IMG/VR virus record: IMGVR_UViG_3300028840_004599
From: an uncultured virus (IMG/VR IMGVR_UViG_3300028840_004599)
Lineage: Duplodnaviria > Heunggongvirae > Uroviricota > Caudoviricetes
DNA length: 64,000 nt
Strand: one strand, 5' to 3'
Of this stretch, positions 9,795 through 19,380 are shown one piece after another. Position numbers and translations under genes: made by a program. Numbering within the stretch: the first letter of the stretch is position 1; each line of letters begins with the position of its first letter. The notes beneath the pieces were generated by a model. The model did not search any database. It was not told the DNA's origin and was given only the letters and a program-made list of their open reading frames with translations.

Positions 9795-10070
9795 ATGAGG
9801 AAACAAAACGTGGTTAAAGTTGTGGCAAATTGCATCATGTTGGCATTAATCTTGCTCTTATTATCAGCATGTGTTACATCTCAGGTAGAGTATGAAAAAG
9901 GGGATACAAAAGTGAAGGTCACTTATACATCATGGAAGAAGATATCATTAAGGCATACAGACCCAATAAGTGGGGCAATTACAACGCTGGATTCCAACCC
10001 CGATCCCTGGGCGAACTTAATCAAGGACGTGTTCCAAGCGGGTTTTGATGCCGGAAAGGCAGTCAAGTAG
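9795..10070 (+). CDS. Lipoprotein
   Basis: Signal peptide with LLSAC lipobox. Confidence 0.7.
   Translation: MRKQNVVKVVANCIMLALILLLLSACVTSQVEYEKGDTKVKVTYTSWKKISLRHTDPISGAITTLDSNPDPWANLIKDVFQAGFDAGKAVK
9840..9856 (+). promoter_or_regulatory. Possible sigma-54 promoter (intragenic)
   Basis: TTGGCATTAATCTTGCT fits TGGCAY-N5-TTGCW but lies inside a coding region. Confidence 0.35.
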
Positions 10071-10072
10071 CT

Positions 10073-10390
10073 ATGAATACGAGTGATATTGACATCTATT
10101 ACAAGTCTAAGTCTTGTTGTGGGCAGCGTAATAAGGCAATTAAGAAGCAAAACACAACTGCCTTGTTCCGTCAGCCCTATGCGCCTGTCAACGATCCCAA
10201 GGTGTTGGCATGTAGGATGGAGAGGGACTTCATAATTCGTGGAAAGAATTATAAGTACGAGGGAAAGTCAGGTGAGTACGTGGTACTTATATGTTGGGGG
10301 AGCTGTTGGACGGTGACTGTTGTGCCGGAGAGCAACTTCTCGGAAGATTTCGTTAAATTTGATTTAAGGAGTCAAAATGATACGGTTTAA
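10073..10390 (+). CDS. Hypothetical protein
   Basis: Packed ORF. Confidence 0.55.
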   Translation: MNTSDIDIYYKSKSCCGQRNKAIKKQNTTALFRQPYAPVNDPKVLACRMERDFIIRGKNYKYEGKSGEYVVLICWGSCWTVTVVPESNFSEDFVKFDLRSQNDTV

Positions 10391-11045
10391 AACATACGAC
10401 GAGGCAAAGGAGTTCCTATATGATACAAAGGACTTCCTACACCCGGGAGATGTGGGTGTTCAGGGTGGTAGGAGCTTCATATCATCCGCTATTCGATTTT
10501 TCCGCCGATCCGATGTAAATCATGCCTGGATTGCTGACAAGGATAATATGTGTATTGAGGCTTGTTGGAACGGTGTGAGACGAAGACACGTAATTAACAA
10601 GGTGGAAAAAGGCAACATCATTCGTGTGTATCGTGGTCAACCGTTCACGGGGGAGGAACTTCAGGCTGTTATGAGGGTAGCCAAGTCTTTTATTTCCAAA
10701 CCCTATGCTTATGAAGAGCTTGTTTTTCAGGCTCCGGATAGTTTTTTGGAAAAGTATATACTTTTCCCGATCTCCCACATTATCCCAGGTTTGCCAAAGA
10801 AAGTACAGTTGTTCTCCAAATATCAACGTCGTGGAGCCTATATTTGTTCCGAGGTGGTAGCAGAAGCTTATTATAGGGGAGCTGGATACTTCTTTGGGAA
10901 AGACGATCCCGCGGGTATTTGGGACGTAAAGAACACAACACCTGATGAGATAGACGAGCAGTGTAAGGATTCCCTTATCTGGAATACGGTGTTGGAGATG
11001 TATGAGGGGGAGAAGAGCGGTATTGTTGGATATGCCATAGATTAA
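10377..11045 (+). CDS. Permuted papain-like NlpC/P60 enzyme (YiiX/YaeF type)
   Basis: LHPGDV, SAIRFF..SDVNHAWI (His), IEA, KPY, YICSEVVAEAY (Cys). Confidence 0.8.
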   Translation: MIRFKTYDEAKEFLYDTKDFLHPGDVGVQGGRSFISSAIRFFRRSDVNHAWIADKDNMCIEACWNGVRRRHVINKVEKGNIIRVYRGQPFTGEELQAVMRVAKSFISKPYAYEELVFQAPDSFLEKYILFPISHIIPGLPKKVQLFSKYQRRGAYICSEVVAEAYYRGAGYFFGKDDPAGIWDVKNTTPDEIDEQCKDSLIWNTVLEMYEGEKSGIVGYAID

Positions 11046-11093
11046 ATAAGGGAGACACAAAATGAAAGGTTTGAGAGGGGGGTTGTTTGAATA

Positions 11094-11309
11094 GTGTACG
11101 AATATCCAGAAGTAAGATTGGTTGGTTATGGGAACGACGAAGATGATATTGGAAGGGCTGTCTTTACTCCAGTTTGCCCGATTTGCAGGAGGTTCGTAAA
11201 GGCGGATAAATCTATAACGGTTAATCATAATGGGGAATTCAAAGAGACGGCAAACGCTACGTGTTCCAAATGTGGGCGTGTTGAAATGCCATTTATGGGG
11301 TATATATAA
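11094..11309 (+). CDS. Small zinc-ribbon protein
   Basis: CPIC and CSKC. Confidence 0.6.
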   Translation: MYEYPEVRLVGYGNDEDDIGRAVFTPVCPICRRFVKADKSITVNHNGEFKETANATCSKCGRVEMPFMGYI

Positions 11310-11318
11310 GGAGGTTGT

Positions 11319-11591
11319 TTGGTGGCTAAAATGCCAGAAAATATTATCGGTGTGACTTGCGAAATAAACACAAGGCGACGGGTGAAGCTGATTTATGATA
11401 AGGATACAAACCTTTGGTTTATTGAATTTTACAACAAGAACAACCCGCCGGGAAAGACCTTCACACGAATCAGATTAACAGAAAAGGCTTTTTGTGCCTT
11501 GACCAATTCGAGGCGCATGATCATAGATCGGGTAAAACACCCAGAGCTTTATAAGGATCACGAAATTGTTGGATATGCCAATGAGGAATGA
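11319..11591 (+). CDS. Hypothetical protein
   Basis: GGAGG SD. Confidence 0.6.
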   Translation: MVAKMPENIIGVTCEINTRRRVKLIYDKDTNLWFIEFYNKNNPPGKTFTRIRLTEKAFCALTNSRRMIIDRVKHPELYKDHEIVGYANEE

Positions 11592-11615
11592 AGAATGAAA
11601 TTAAGGAGGAGTTAG

Positions 11616-12014
11616 ATGGAACCGATTGTTAATCCTTGGATTTGGTATTTTGTTGGACTGGCGGGTAACTTTGGTAATCTCTGTGCGTGGGTAACGTTTG
11701 TTACCGGGGTAGGGTTGGTGTGCTGTATCGTCTTTCTTTACGTAAATGCCGACTCAACGGAACCCCACATCTCCGGCATTTCCAAAAAGGCGGTTAGGAA
11801 AACATCAAAGATATTGGTTGTAATTCTGATTGCTTTCATACTTTTTCTCGTGTTTGCCCCCTCAGAAAGCACCGTGTTAAAAATGTACATATCCAAAAAA
11901 ATAACAAGAGATACCATGAAAAACACAAAAGGTGTTACTGGAGATATAAGGGAAGCCATCAAGCGGGACATCATCGAAATTATACAAGAAGCTAATAAAG
12001 TAAAAGGAAAATGA
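11616..12014 (+). CDS. Membrane protein
   Basis: MEPIVNPWIWY start, two TM segments. Confidence 0.7.
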   Translation: MEPIVNPWIWYFVGLAGNFGNLCAWVTFVTGVGLVCCIVFLYVNADSTEPHISGISKKAVRKTSKILVVILIAFILFLVFAPSESTVLKMYISKKITRDTMKNTKGVTGDIREAIKRDIIEIIQEANKVKGK

Positions 12015-12015
12015 A

Positions 12016-12675
12016 ATGAAATATTTAGGCGGGAAGAATAACGGGAAAGAATATCCCAAAATACAAACGGTTTTTAAACGTGACCCCGAAACGAACTTTA
12101 AGACGCTGCTCATGTGGGATTACAGCGAACCGGAATTCAAATACCTGCTCAAGAACGATTGGTTCTTTACCGAGAAAATTGATGGCACAAATATTCGGGT
12201 GATATGGAATCACGAAACCGAAATCGTCCACTTTAAAGGAAGAACCGAGCGGGCGCAAATTCCCACACGATTATTGACAGCCTTGCAAGATACCTTTCCT
12301 GTAGAGAAATTCAAAAAAACGTTTTCCGATACAACGGTAACGTTCTACGGCGAAGGTTACGGTGTAGGCATCCAAAAGGTTGGGAAGAAATACTTGGCAG
12401 ACGGCAACGGCTTTATTCTCTTTGACGTACTTATAAATGATTGGTGGCTGGAAAGGCAGAACGTGGTCAAGATAGCAAATACGTTTTCCGTTGAGCCGGT
12501 TCCGTGTCTTATGGTGGGAACGATACCCAGGGCGGTGCAGATCGCCATTGAGGGGTTTAAATCGCAGATAGGTGATTGTGTTGCGGAGGGGTTGGTCTTG
12601 CGCCCCATAACCGATCTATACAATCGCATGGGGAAAAGAATAATAACCAAGATTAAGCACAAGGATTTTAATTAA
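12016..12675 (+). CDS. RNA ligase (Rnl2-like nucleotidyltransferase domain)
   Basis: TEKIDGTN (I), YGEGYG (III), FILFDV (IIIa), EGLVLRP (IV), KIK (V). Confidence 0.85.
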   Translation: MKYLGGKNNGKEYPKIQTVFKRDPETNFKTLLMWDYSEPEFKYLLKNDWFFTEKIDGTNIRVIWNHETEIVHFKGRTERAQIPTRLLTALQDTFPVEKFKKTFSDTTVTFYGEGYGVGIQKVGKKYLADGNGFILFDVLINDWWLERQNVVKIANTFSVEPVPCLMVGTIPRAVQIAIEGFKSQIGDCVAEGLVLRPITDLYNRMGKRIITKIKHKDFN

Positions 12676-12695
12676 TATGGAAAGGACAATGACTT

Positions 12696-13544
12696 ATGCA
12701 CTATCATTGTGAAGTATGGATACCAGAAAACCGGGACGTTAAAGATCAGATTCAGGACATCTTGGCTCCCTATGAAGAAGGGCTTAATATTGAGTTTGTC
12801 AATATCGAAAAGGAATACCGCAAGAAATATGAAACCGAATCGTGCGAGCGTATAAAGACCACTACGGGGAAGTTATTATCACCATATGATAAGTGTTTCT
12901 GTGTGCGTATTCCCGGTGAGATTGAAACGCATACCGCAATCCCCGAAGAATTTCAAAGGGTTACTATTTCCTTCAAGAAACTATATTCAACGTTCGAGGA
13001 ATTCGTAAAGGAATATGCCGGTTATGAATATGATGAATCGGAAGAGGCTTATGGGTATTGGATAAACCCCTTAGCCTTGTGGGATTGGTATGTTATTGGT
13101 GGGCGATGGACTGGCTCTCATGATGGTTATGACCCCACGGAAGATAGGCAAAATTACAAGACGTGTTTTCTTTGCGGTGGTACGGGTTTCCGCAATGATG
13201 CGTTAGGCAGGAAGGCAAGAGAAGAAGACCCCTCCTATACTTGTAATGGGTGCGGTACATACAACAGGGAGATAAAAAAATGGGAACATGGTAAGTTCGG
13301 TGCGGGTTTGAAACTATGCGGAGAGTTTAAGCCTCACGCCGAGGATGTTGCATCTGTAGATAATGTTAAACCCGATCTTACCTGTTATACGCTTATAGTC
13401 AAGGGACAGGTTTTTGAAACAAGAAAATGGAATGATAAAAAGAAAAAATGGGAAAATACGGATTTTGATGGTAACGTAAAAAAGAAACTGGAAGAGCTGA
13501 AGATTAAAACCGGTTATCTAGTTACCGTGGATTGCCATACATAG
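12696..13544 (+). CDS. Conserved phage protein with zinc-finger insert
   Basis: NP..WDWYVIGGRW, CFLCGGTG/CNGC, terminal VDCH. Confidence 0.7.
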   Translation: MHYHCEVWIPENRDVKDQIQDILAPYEEGLNIEFVNIEKEYRKKYETESCERIKTTTGKLLSPYDKCFCVRIPGEIETHTAIPEEFQRVTISFKKLYSTFEEFVKEYAGYEYDESEEAYGYWINPLALWDWYVIGGRWTGSHDGYDPTEDRQNYKTCFLCGGTGFRNDALGRKAREEDPSYTCNGCGTYNREIKKWEHGKFGAGLKLCGEFKPHAEDVASVDNVKPDLTCYTLIVKGQVFETRKWNDKKKKWENTDFDGNVKKKLEELKIKTGYLVTVDCHT

Positions 13545-13638
13545 GAATAAATATGCATTGGCAAGAATCACACGGAGATGAACTTATGGATATGCAATAT
13601 CAAAAGCGGTTAGACTTGGAGTTTCAGGAGGTTGTTTG

Positions 13639-14037
13639 ATGGGAACTAATTACTATTTAAAGTACAACATTTGTCCAACATGCAAACGGGGACAAACATT
13701 GCATATCGGCAAATGTAGCATGGGCTGGACGTTTTGTTTTCGTGGCTATCGTATAAGTGATTTTGCTTCCCGTGGTGATTGTAATGATTTGCTTGACACA
13801 GATATTTTTGGCACAGGGGCAATAGAAACGTATAAAGAATGGCTGAATGTTTTTGAATATATGAAAAATGCAAAAATATTTGACGAATATGGCGATGAAG
13901 TAAGCGTTGAAGAATTTATGAAAATGGTTGAAGATCATGCCGACAGTCCAAATAATCATGCTGCAACGTATAGCAGAGACACAAGATGTTGGATAGACTC
14001 GGAAGGTCATTCATTTTCTGGATATGATTTTTCATAG
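13639..14037 (+). CDS. Conserved phage hypothetical protein
   Basis: MGTNYY, HIGK.S.GW.F, DEYG, terminal FS; GGAGG SD. Confidence 0.7.
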   Translation: MGTNYYLKYNICPTCKRGQTLHIGKCSMGWTFCFRGYRISDFASRGDCNDLLDTDIFGTGAIETYKEWLNVFEYMKNAKIFDEYGDEVSVEEFMKMVEDHADSPNNHAATYSRDTRCWIDSEGHSFSGYDFS

Positions 14038-14095
14038 GGGGAGGTTGTTTGATGGCTAAGGATAAGGACTGTTAAGGATCACGAAGGAGGGGGAG

Positions 14096-14314
14096 ATGCG
14101 CAAAGGACTTAAAATAGTTTATAAACACGGTCAACCACACGGGATAAGAGATGAGAATGGGTTTTTGTTATTTTTTCCTCGTGTGGATAAATATACGGGG
14201 CAAGATGAACGTTACCGTGAAGAAATCGAAGAGCAATATGCACTCGCAGATTATCTTTTAAGCTCATTAAAGGGGCGTAACAAACCCGAAAGATTGGAAG
14301 GATTAAAGACGTAA
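14096..14314 (+). CDS. Hypothetical protein
   Basis: Strong SD. Confidence 0.6.
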   Translation: MRKGLKIVYKHGQPHGIRDENGFLLFFPRVDKYTGQDERYREEIEEQYALADYLLSSLKGRNKPERLEGLKT

Positions 14315-14385
14315 CAAAACCCAGGCAAACAGTGACGTTTCCTGACCATTTCTGAAGGAAACGTAATAAAATGTAATGAAGTAAA

Positions 14386-15324
14386 ATGAATAATATCAAG
14401 CATATAACGGATAATGTCGGAGAGGGTGGGACTTTGACCCACGATACCACAAGTCAAGCAGAATCAAGCCCCGAGAATCAAGACGTAACAGAATCTAATG
14501 GGAAACATAACAAAATATATTGCGTGGATGCTGAAACATTTCTTTACGGGCTTGAACCCGGGTCCATAGATTTAATTGTTACGTCCCCTCCGTATGATGA
14601 TTTAAGATTATATAATGGGTACAAATTTAATTTTTATGAAATCGCCCAGGGTATTTGGTATGCCACCAAACAAGGCGGGGTTGTAGTATGGATAGTAAAC
14701 GACCAAACTATAAATGGAAGCGAGAGTTGCACAAGCGCAAGGCAAAAATTATATTTTAAGGAGATTGGTTTCAACATACACGATACTATGATATACCAAA
14801 AAAATGGGTGTTCCTATCCCTCGCAAAATAGATACTATCAAATTTTTGAGTACATGTTTATCCTGTCCAAAGGATCCCCCAAAACAGTAAACCTATTAAG
14901 AGATAGGAAAAACCGGTGGCATGGGAAGAAATGGAGCAAGAAAAGATCGAGGCGGTCTAGAAATGGGGAATTGAAAGAATCCGCCTGGACGGGAAGTCAG
15001 AGTAATGAATATGGTGTACGGTTTAATATTTGGAAATATTTTACCGGGCATGGTTATCAAGATTCAGATGGATTATCAAAAAAGCACCCTGCCTCATTCC
15101 CGGAACAGTTGGCTGTAGATCACATCCTTTCCTGGAGCAATCCTGGGGACATGGTTTGTGATCCGCTAATGGGTTCAGGAACAACCGCCGTTGCTGCAAT
15201 ACTAACGGGGAGAGATTATATCGGCTGTGATGTATCGGAGGAATATTGCAACCTTGCGGTGGAGCGAATACGGAAAGCCAAAGAGCAAATGAATTTTTTC
15301 GGAAAGACATATACGGGGAATTGA
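14386..15324 (+). CDS. Second orphan N4-C/N6-A DNA methyltransferase, beta class
   Basis: VTSPPYD, HPASFP, DPLMGSGTT. Confidence 0.92.
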   Translation: MNNIKHITDNVGEGGTLTHDTTSQAESSPENQDVTESNGKHNKIYCVDAETFLYGLEPGSIDLIVTSPPYDDLRLYNGYKFNFYEIAQGIWYATKQGGVVVWIVNDQTINGSESCTSARQKLYFKEIGFNIHDTMIYQKNGCSYPSQNRYYQIFEYMFILSKGSPKTVNLLRDRKNRWHGKKWSKKRSRRSRNGELKESAWTGSQSNEYGVRFNIWKYFTGHGYQDSDGLSKKHPASFPEQLAVDHILSWSNPGDMVCDPLMGSGTTAVAAILTGRDYIGCDVSEEYCNLAVERIRKAKEQMNFFGKTYTGN

Positions 15325-15335
15325 GGAGTAACAAA

Positions 15336-15734
15336 ATGATTACACAGCAACAAGCTAAACGGTTAGCAATACGCATTTTGCGTGCTTTGCATAAAATTTA
15401 CAATGAAAAAGCCGTACTTCGCAGTGTCAATAAATACAAATTAGCATTGCGTTTGTTGAGATTGGCAAAAAAGCGCAGTAATACATTAGAGGACATATCA
15501 GACGAAGAGCTCGAAAAACGTCTTACAAAAATCGTGGCTTGGGAGGCATTGTCAATGTTGACAAAGGATATGAGTGACGAGGAGAGGGAAATATTTATCA
15601 ACAATACGAAGCGTATGAGATTCGATAGCCAAAAAACTTTAGCTTCTACGAGAGAAACAGTAAACCAAACCAATAGTTCTCATAGAAATTATCTAAAAAA
15701 ACTGGTTAGTAGGAAAAAGAATGCAAACGTTTGA
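15336..15734 (+). CDS. Basic hypothetical protein
   Basis: GAGGAG SD before ATG 15336. Confidence 0.6.
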   Translation: MITQQQAKRLAIRILRALHKIYNEKAVLRSVNKYKLALRLLRLAKKRSNTLEDISDEELEKRLTKIVAWEALSMLTKDMSDEEREIFINNTKRMRFDSQKTLASTRETVNQTNSSHRNYLKKLVSRKKNANV

Positions 15735-16212
15735 TAGACACGATTACGTTAATATCTCCTATACTCCTTCTATTGGAGAACATAGCCACATGCCGTGTTC
15801 CATTTGTGGCACAATCGTGGCAATTAGACTGCCCTCACAAAAGGGAGTCTTGCCATTTGAGGCAAGGGAACCTGTGATTACCGGGGTTCTTTGTGATGAT
15901 TGCAAAAAGGAGTGCATGATGAAAGATAAAATAAAGATTTACACGAAAGAAGTAAACCCCCTTTTTGATAGGCGGGGGTACGCCATAAAAAAAATCAAAT
16001 TGGGTGGGGAAGAGAACGATTATCAAAATGAGACAATAGCAGATTATGCTGTATCCGTTTACTCAAACGGCGATATATACATTCAATCGAAAGCATATCC
16101 TGAAGGATATGTAAATATTGACGGGGATGTTTTGGGTAATCTGATTGATATATTACAGATTGCCCTATCAAAGCGAAGGGATAGACTGAATAGGGAAAAG
16201 CGGGTTCCCTGA
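15721..16212 (+). CDS. Hypothetical protein with CxxC pairs
   Basis: CSIC, CDDC. Confidence 0.55.
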   Translation: MQTFDRHDYVNISYTPSIGEHSHMPCSICGTIVAIRLPSQKGVLPFEAREPVITGVLCDDCKKECMMKDKIKIYTKEVNPLFDRRGYAIKKIKLGGEENDYQNETIADYAVSVYSNGDIYIQSKAYPEGYVNIDGDVLGNLIDILQIALSKRRDRLNREKRVP

Positions 16213-16343
16213 ACAAACCTTTATTGTATAGAGAAGTATACTTTCTGTTTAGGAACTAACGTTATCATGGACAAAAATAAAGTTGACGAATTGTCAACGT
16301 TTCTTGAGGTGGTGAACGCAGGTCTTTAAGGAGGCGAACAAAG

Positions 16344-16559
16344 ATGGAAGATGCAACAGAAATGCTTATTCATACTAAGGATTTTAATCATGAAACGTCT
16401 ATTAATCTTGATATACACATATTGTCGATCCCTAATAGGGATGTGGAAAACCTGTTGAAAGATAAACTAGCCAGGATTTTCGGCTGGCTTTGGAACGTAG
16501 ACCCTAATCAAATTGAATTTGATCTTGAAACTGTAAACAGGGAAGAGAGGAGGGCGTGA
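16344..16559 (+). CDS. Hypothetical protein
   Basis: AAGGAGG SD. Confidence 0.6.
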   Translation: MEDATEMLIHTKDFNHETSINLDIHILSIPNRDVENLLKDKLARIFGWLWNVDPNQIEFDLETVNREERRA

Positions 16560-17194
16560 TGGCTTTGGAAACATACATATCCGATTACAAAGTAAGTTAT
16601 ACCATCGAAATATCGCAGAGTAACAGAAATAAATCAAGGTTAAGGGTGTGGTGTTTTGAGGTCACTATCGTAAATCAAAAACAAACTGTGTTATATACCA
16701 AATATCAAGTATGCGAAAGGAACAAACCGGCATCACCGTCCCCCATGATGTATAGCACTCGCACTGTTTGGAGTAAGCGGATTGGGGGGAGAAAGCCGTA
16801 TGTTCCGCAGGATGTAAAGGACGCACTAAAAAAAGCCCTGGAAATAGAGTGCGTTAAATCCGAAAGATTTAACTTGTTTAATAAGAAAGAACAGGTAAAG
16901 GAAGGCACACCACAATATCAATGTCGCTCTGGGATGAAAAAGCGAGAGTTTAAGGCACGAATTGTTGAAAATTTCAAAGAGAGGTGGTTTGAGTGGAATG
17001 CAAGAGCCGAGAAAATGACCATTGACCAATCAAAGGAATATTACGGGGGCAAAGCAATGGACGAGCTCCACAATAGGATATCGGGTAAGGTTGTAACTAT
17101 CATTGAACACGAATATCCTAGTGTCGCTAATGAGTTTTTTGAAAAAGAGGACAATAATTTTGTACTTTCGGAAGAGTTATTTCAAGTTCTTTAA
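16556..17194 (+). CDS. Hypothetical protein (possibly fused from two small genes)
   Basis: GAGGAGG SD; N-half resembles the 17463 ORF (W.+R..KP.VP..+K). Confidence 0.55.
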   Translation: MMALETYISDYKVSYTIEISQSNRNKSRLRVWCFEVTIVNQKQTVLYTKYQVCERNKPASPSPMMYSTRTVWSKRIGGRKPYVPQDVKDALKKALEIECVKSERFNLFNKKEQVKEGTPQYQCRSGMKKREFKARIVENFKERWFEWNARAEKMTIDQSKEYYGGKAMDELHNRISGKVVTIIEHEYPSVANEFFEKEDNNFVLSEELFQVL

Positions 17195-17265
17195 ACAAAC
17201 TTTAAGGAAGATGATGAATTTGATAAGGAGGCGGAAATTGTTGAGGTTATTTTTTATAAGGAGGA

Positions 17266-17466
17266 ATGATAATGAAAATTACATGTGAATTTGCTGGATA
17301 TTCCGAACACGGAATTGACGACGAGCTTCTAAGGGCTGTTGCGGAAGCAATTGTTGCCAGGTATGATGAACGTGTGCAATCTATTTTATCTGAATTTGTA
17401 GAAAAAGCAGTTAATAAGTTGATCCAGGAAAGATTTAAAGAGTTTTTGCAGGGAGCAAAGAAATGA
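17266..17466 (+). CDS. Hypothetical protein
   Basis: AGGAGG SD. Confidence 0.6.
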   Translation: MIMKITCEFAGYSEHGIDDELLRAVAEAIVARYDERVQSILSEFVEKAVNKLIQERFKEFLQGAKK

Positions 17467-17810
17467 TCAAGGAAACCAAAAACAAGAATGAATTTATTGT
17501 TGAGGTAGATTTACTAAGCCCCTATCTGGGTGATAGGAAGCCACAGCATAAATATATATATGGGTTTACTGTGTATATTTACAGGAGGGGCATTTCCATC
17601 AGTTTTGATTATTGCCACTGCTATGATCGCACCAGTAGATTTTCTCCTTTTAAGCGCACCGAAAGTTGGTATTCTCGCAGGTTTTGTAAGAGCTGTTACG
17701 ATCAAGAAGGTGTTCTGACAATGGATAAACCCAAAGTGCCTAAAGCCATAAAATCGGATTTATTTAAACAGATTAAGTTTAGTGCCGATTACTCTTTTGA
17801 GTGTGTGTAG
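17463..17810 (+). CDS. Hypothetical protein
   Basis: Coupled ORF. Confidence 0.6.
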   Translation: MIKETKNKNEFIVEVDLLSPYLGDRKPQHKYIYGFTVYIYRRGISISFDYCHCYDRTSRFSPFKRTESWYSRRFCKSCYDQEGVLTMDKPKVPKAIKSDLFKQIKFSADYSFECV

Positions 17811-17811
17811 A

Positions 17812-17997
17812 ATGGTAAAACCTTTAGGAATCTGGATAATGGGAAAATTTATCTTTCATAAACTCACCCCCGCAGAACTTACATGGGAAGAACAAAACAT
17901 TCAGTTCTTTGAACCCAACCCAAATCTGATAACGGAGATTGAAGAGCTGATAGACGAAATAGAAAAGGAGATTGGGAAGGGCAAAAAGGACAGATAA
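17812..17997 (+). CDS. Hypothetical protein
   Basis: Packed ORF, start uncertain. Confidence 0.4.
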   Translation: MVKPLGIWIMGKFIFHKLTPAELTWEEQNIQFFEPNPNLITEIEELIDEIEKEIGKGKKDR

Positions 17998-18010
17998 AGA
18001 GAAAAATGAT

Positions 18011-18526
18011 ATGAACAGGATCCCCAGAACAGTTAAAATTCTTTCAATTATATCAGAGCTGGATGGCAAGGTCGAAAGCTCCAAGAAATTTCAAAAGCTT
18101 GTTTTCCTTGCTCAATTTTTAGGAGATGATTTCGGACAAGAATTTAAATTCCATTTTTATAGTGTTTACTCATCAAGCCTTACATTTGATCTGAATTATG
18201 CGAAAGAAGCAGGATTAATAGACTTCAATAAAAATTATTTACCCCACACTATTGAATTGAAAGAGGAAGGCTCCGATTTTTTGAAGCAAGTAAACGCACA
18301 TTATGAAGGAATTCAAAATATTGAAATAATTAAAATATTAAATAAAGAAACTCCTACATTTCTTGAGGTATTGTCAACCATCGTTTATTTAAATATGAAG
18401 AATTATCCCAAAGGAAAAATTGAAAAAAAACTCAGAGAGATTAAGGGTCATCTTGAAAGGCATTTTGATAAAGCTTTTGGTTTTGCGAGAGATATACTTT
18501 ATCCAAAAGTGATTATGAAGCGGTGA
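18011..18526 (+). CDS. YwgA/Panacea(SocA)-like winged-helix protein, antitoxin-like
   Basis: KVESSKKFQKLVFL..F.FHFYSVYSSSL..DL and LEVLSTIVYL; AT-rich; start uncertain (17972 alternative). Confidence 0.6.
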   Translation: MNRIPRTVKILSIISELDGKVESSKKFQKLVFLAQFLGDDFGQEFKFHFYSVYSSSLTFDLNYAKEAGLIDFNKNYLPHTIELKEEGSDFLKQVNAHYEGIQNIEIIKILNKETPTFLEVLSTIVYLNMKNYPKGKIEKKLREIKGHLERHFDKAFGFARDILYPKVIMKR

Positions 18527-18688
18527 AAAAGTCTGTAATATATGGAGAAAAATACGGGAAGAGGGACTTGTAATATGCACGAAGCAACACGAACACATAA
18601 AGAAAGATTAAGAAATGTTGTATGTTAATAATCCTGAAAATCAAGGGGAAAATTGGAGAAAAAAAGAGCACGGAAGGGAGATAAGGAT

Positions 18689-18973
18689 ATGATAACATCA
18701 ACGCAAGACCTTAAATATCCGATTGAGAGTTATATAAATTTTAGCCCATTTGAGGATGAAACAGAGATAAGGGGACGAACCGTAAAACTTGTTAAGGCAA
18801 GAAAAGAGCACGAATGTCATGGGTGGTATGTGGAATTTTGTAAACCCCACAAGATAAAAATTGGAGAATTATACTGGTGTGAAAAAATATTCAATGTAGA
18901 AGCTGGTAAATGGGAAATTTACAGAGTGTCTCTGGAATGTATAGAGAGGTGGTTTGTTGAACAGGGGTATTAA
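18689..18973 (+). CDS. Zinc-binding phage protein
   Basis: VKARKEHEC..C..IKIGELY motif. Confidence 0.65.
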   Translation: MITSTQDLKYPIESYINFSPFEDETEIRGRTVKLVKARKEHECHGWYVEFCKPHKIKIGELYWCEKIFNVEAGKWEIYRVSLECIERWFVEQGY

Positions 18974-19018
18974 GGTGAGACAAACCTTTAGGAATCTGAT
19001 AAGCGTAAACAATAACGC

Positions 19019-19095
19019 GGGGCGGTAATTCAAGTGGTTAGAGTGCTCGGCTCATAACCGGGAGGTTGCAGGTTCGAATCCTGCTCGCCCTACCA
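19019..19095 (+). tRNA. tRNA with CAT anticodon (Ile2 or elongator Met)
   Basis: Full cloverleaf: acceptor GGGGCGG/TCGCCCT, D ATTC/GAGT, anticodon arm CTCGG-CTCATAA-CCGGG, T arm GCAGG-TTCGAAT-CCTGC, encoded CCA. Confidence 0.95.
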
Positions 19096-19191
19096 AAATT
19101 GTTTCGTGAGCTCATTTTGATCAACCACGATCTTCTCAAAAAATGAGATTGGAAAGTATATTAAAAAGCATACAAAAGGAGGAACACAAGA

Positions 19192-19380
19192 ATGGTAGCT
19201 ACTATACAGAAACAAAAGGAACGTATACTCGCGTTGGAAAAGGCGTTAATGCCGTTCGCGAGGATGTATAGAGAGGGCAACACAGAAGAAGATGTAATAT
19301 TGTGTGTTGGTACGGGGTGTGATGCCGACTACTTATTCGGGGCAGATTTTAAAGAGGCATTCCTTACCTTATACGATTAA
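19192..19380 (+). CDS. Hypothetical protein
   Basis: AGGAGG SD. Confidence 0.6.
   Translation: MVATIQKQKERILALEKALMPFARMYREGNTEEDVILCVGTGCDADYLFGADFKEAFLTLYD

Noticed and set aside
10482..11228. 248-aa minus-strand ORF and similar antisense ORFs throughout
   Set aside because: Shadow frames of well-supported genes, no SD or motifs
16281..16300. GTTGACGAATTGTCAAC palindrome as FNR site
   Set aside because: Spacer one base longer than TTGAT-N4-ATCAA and single copy
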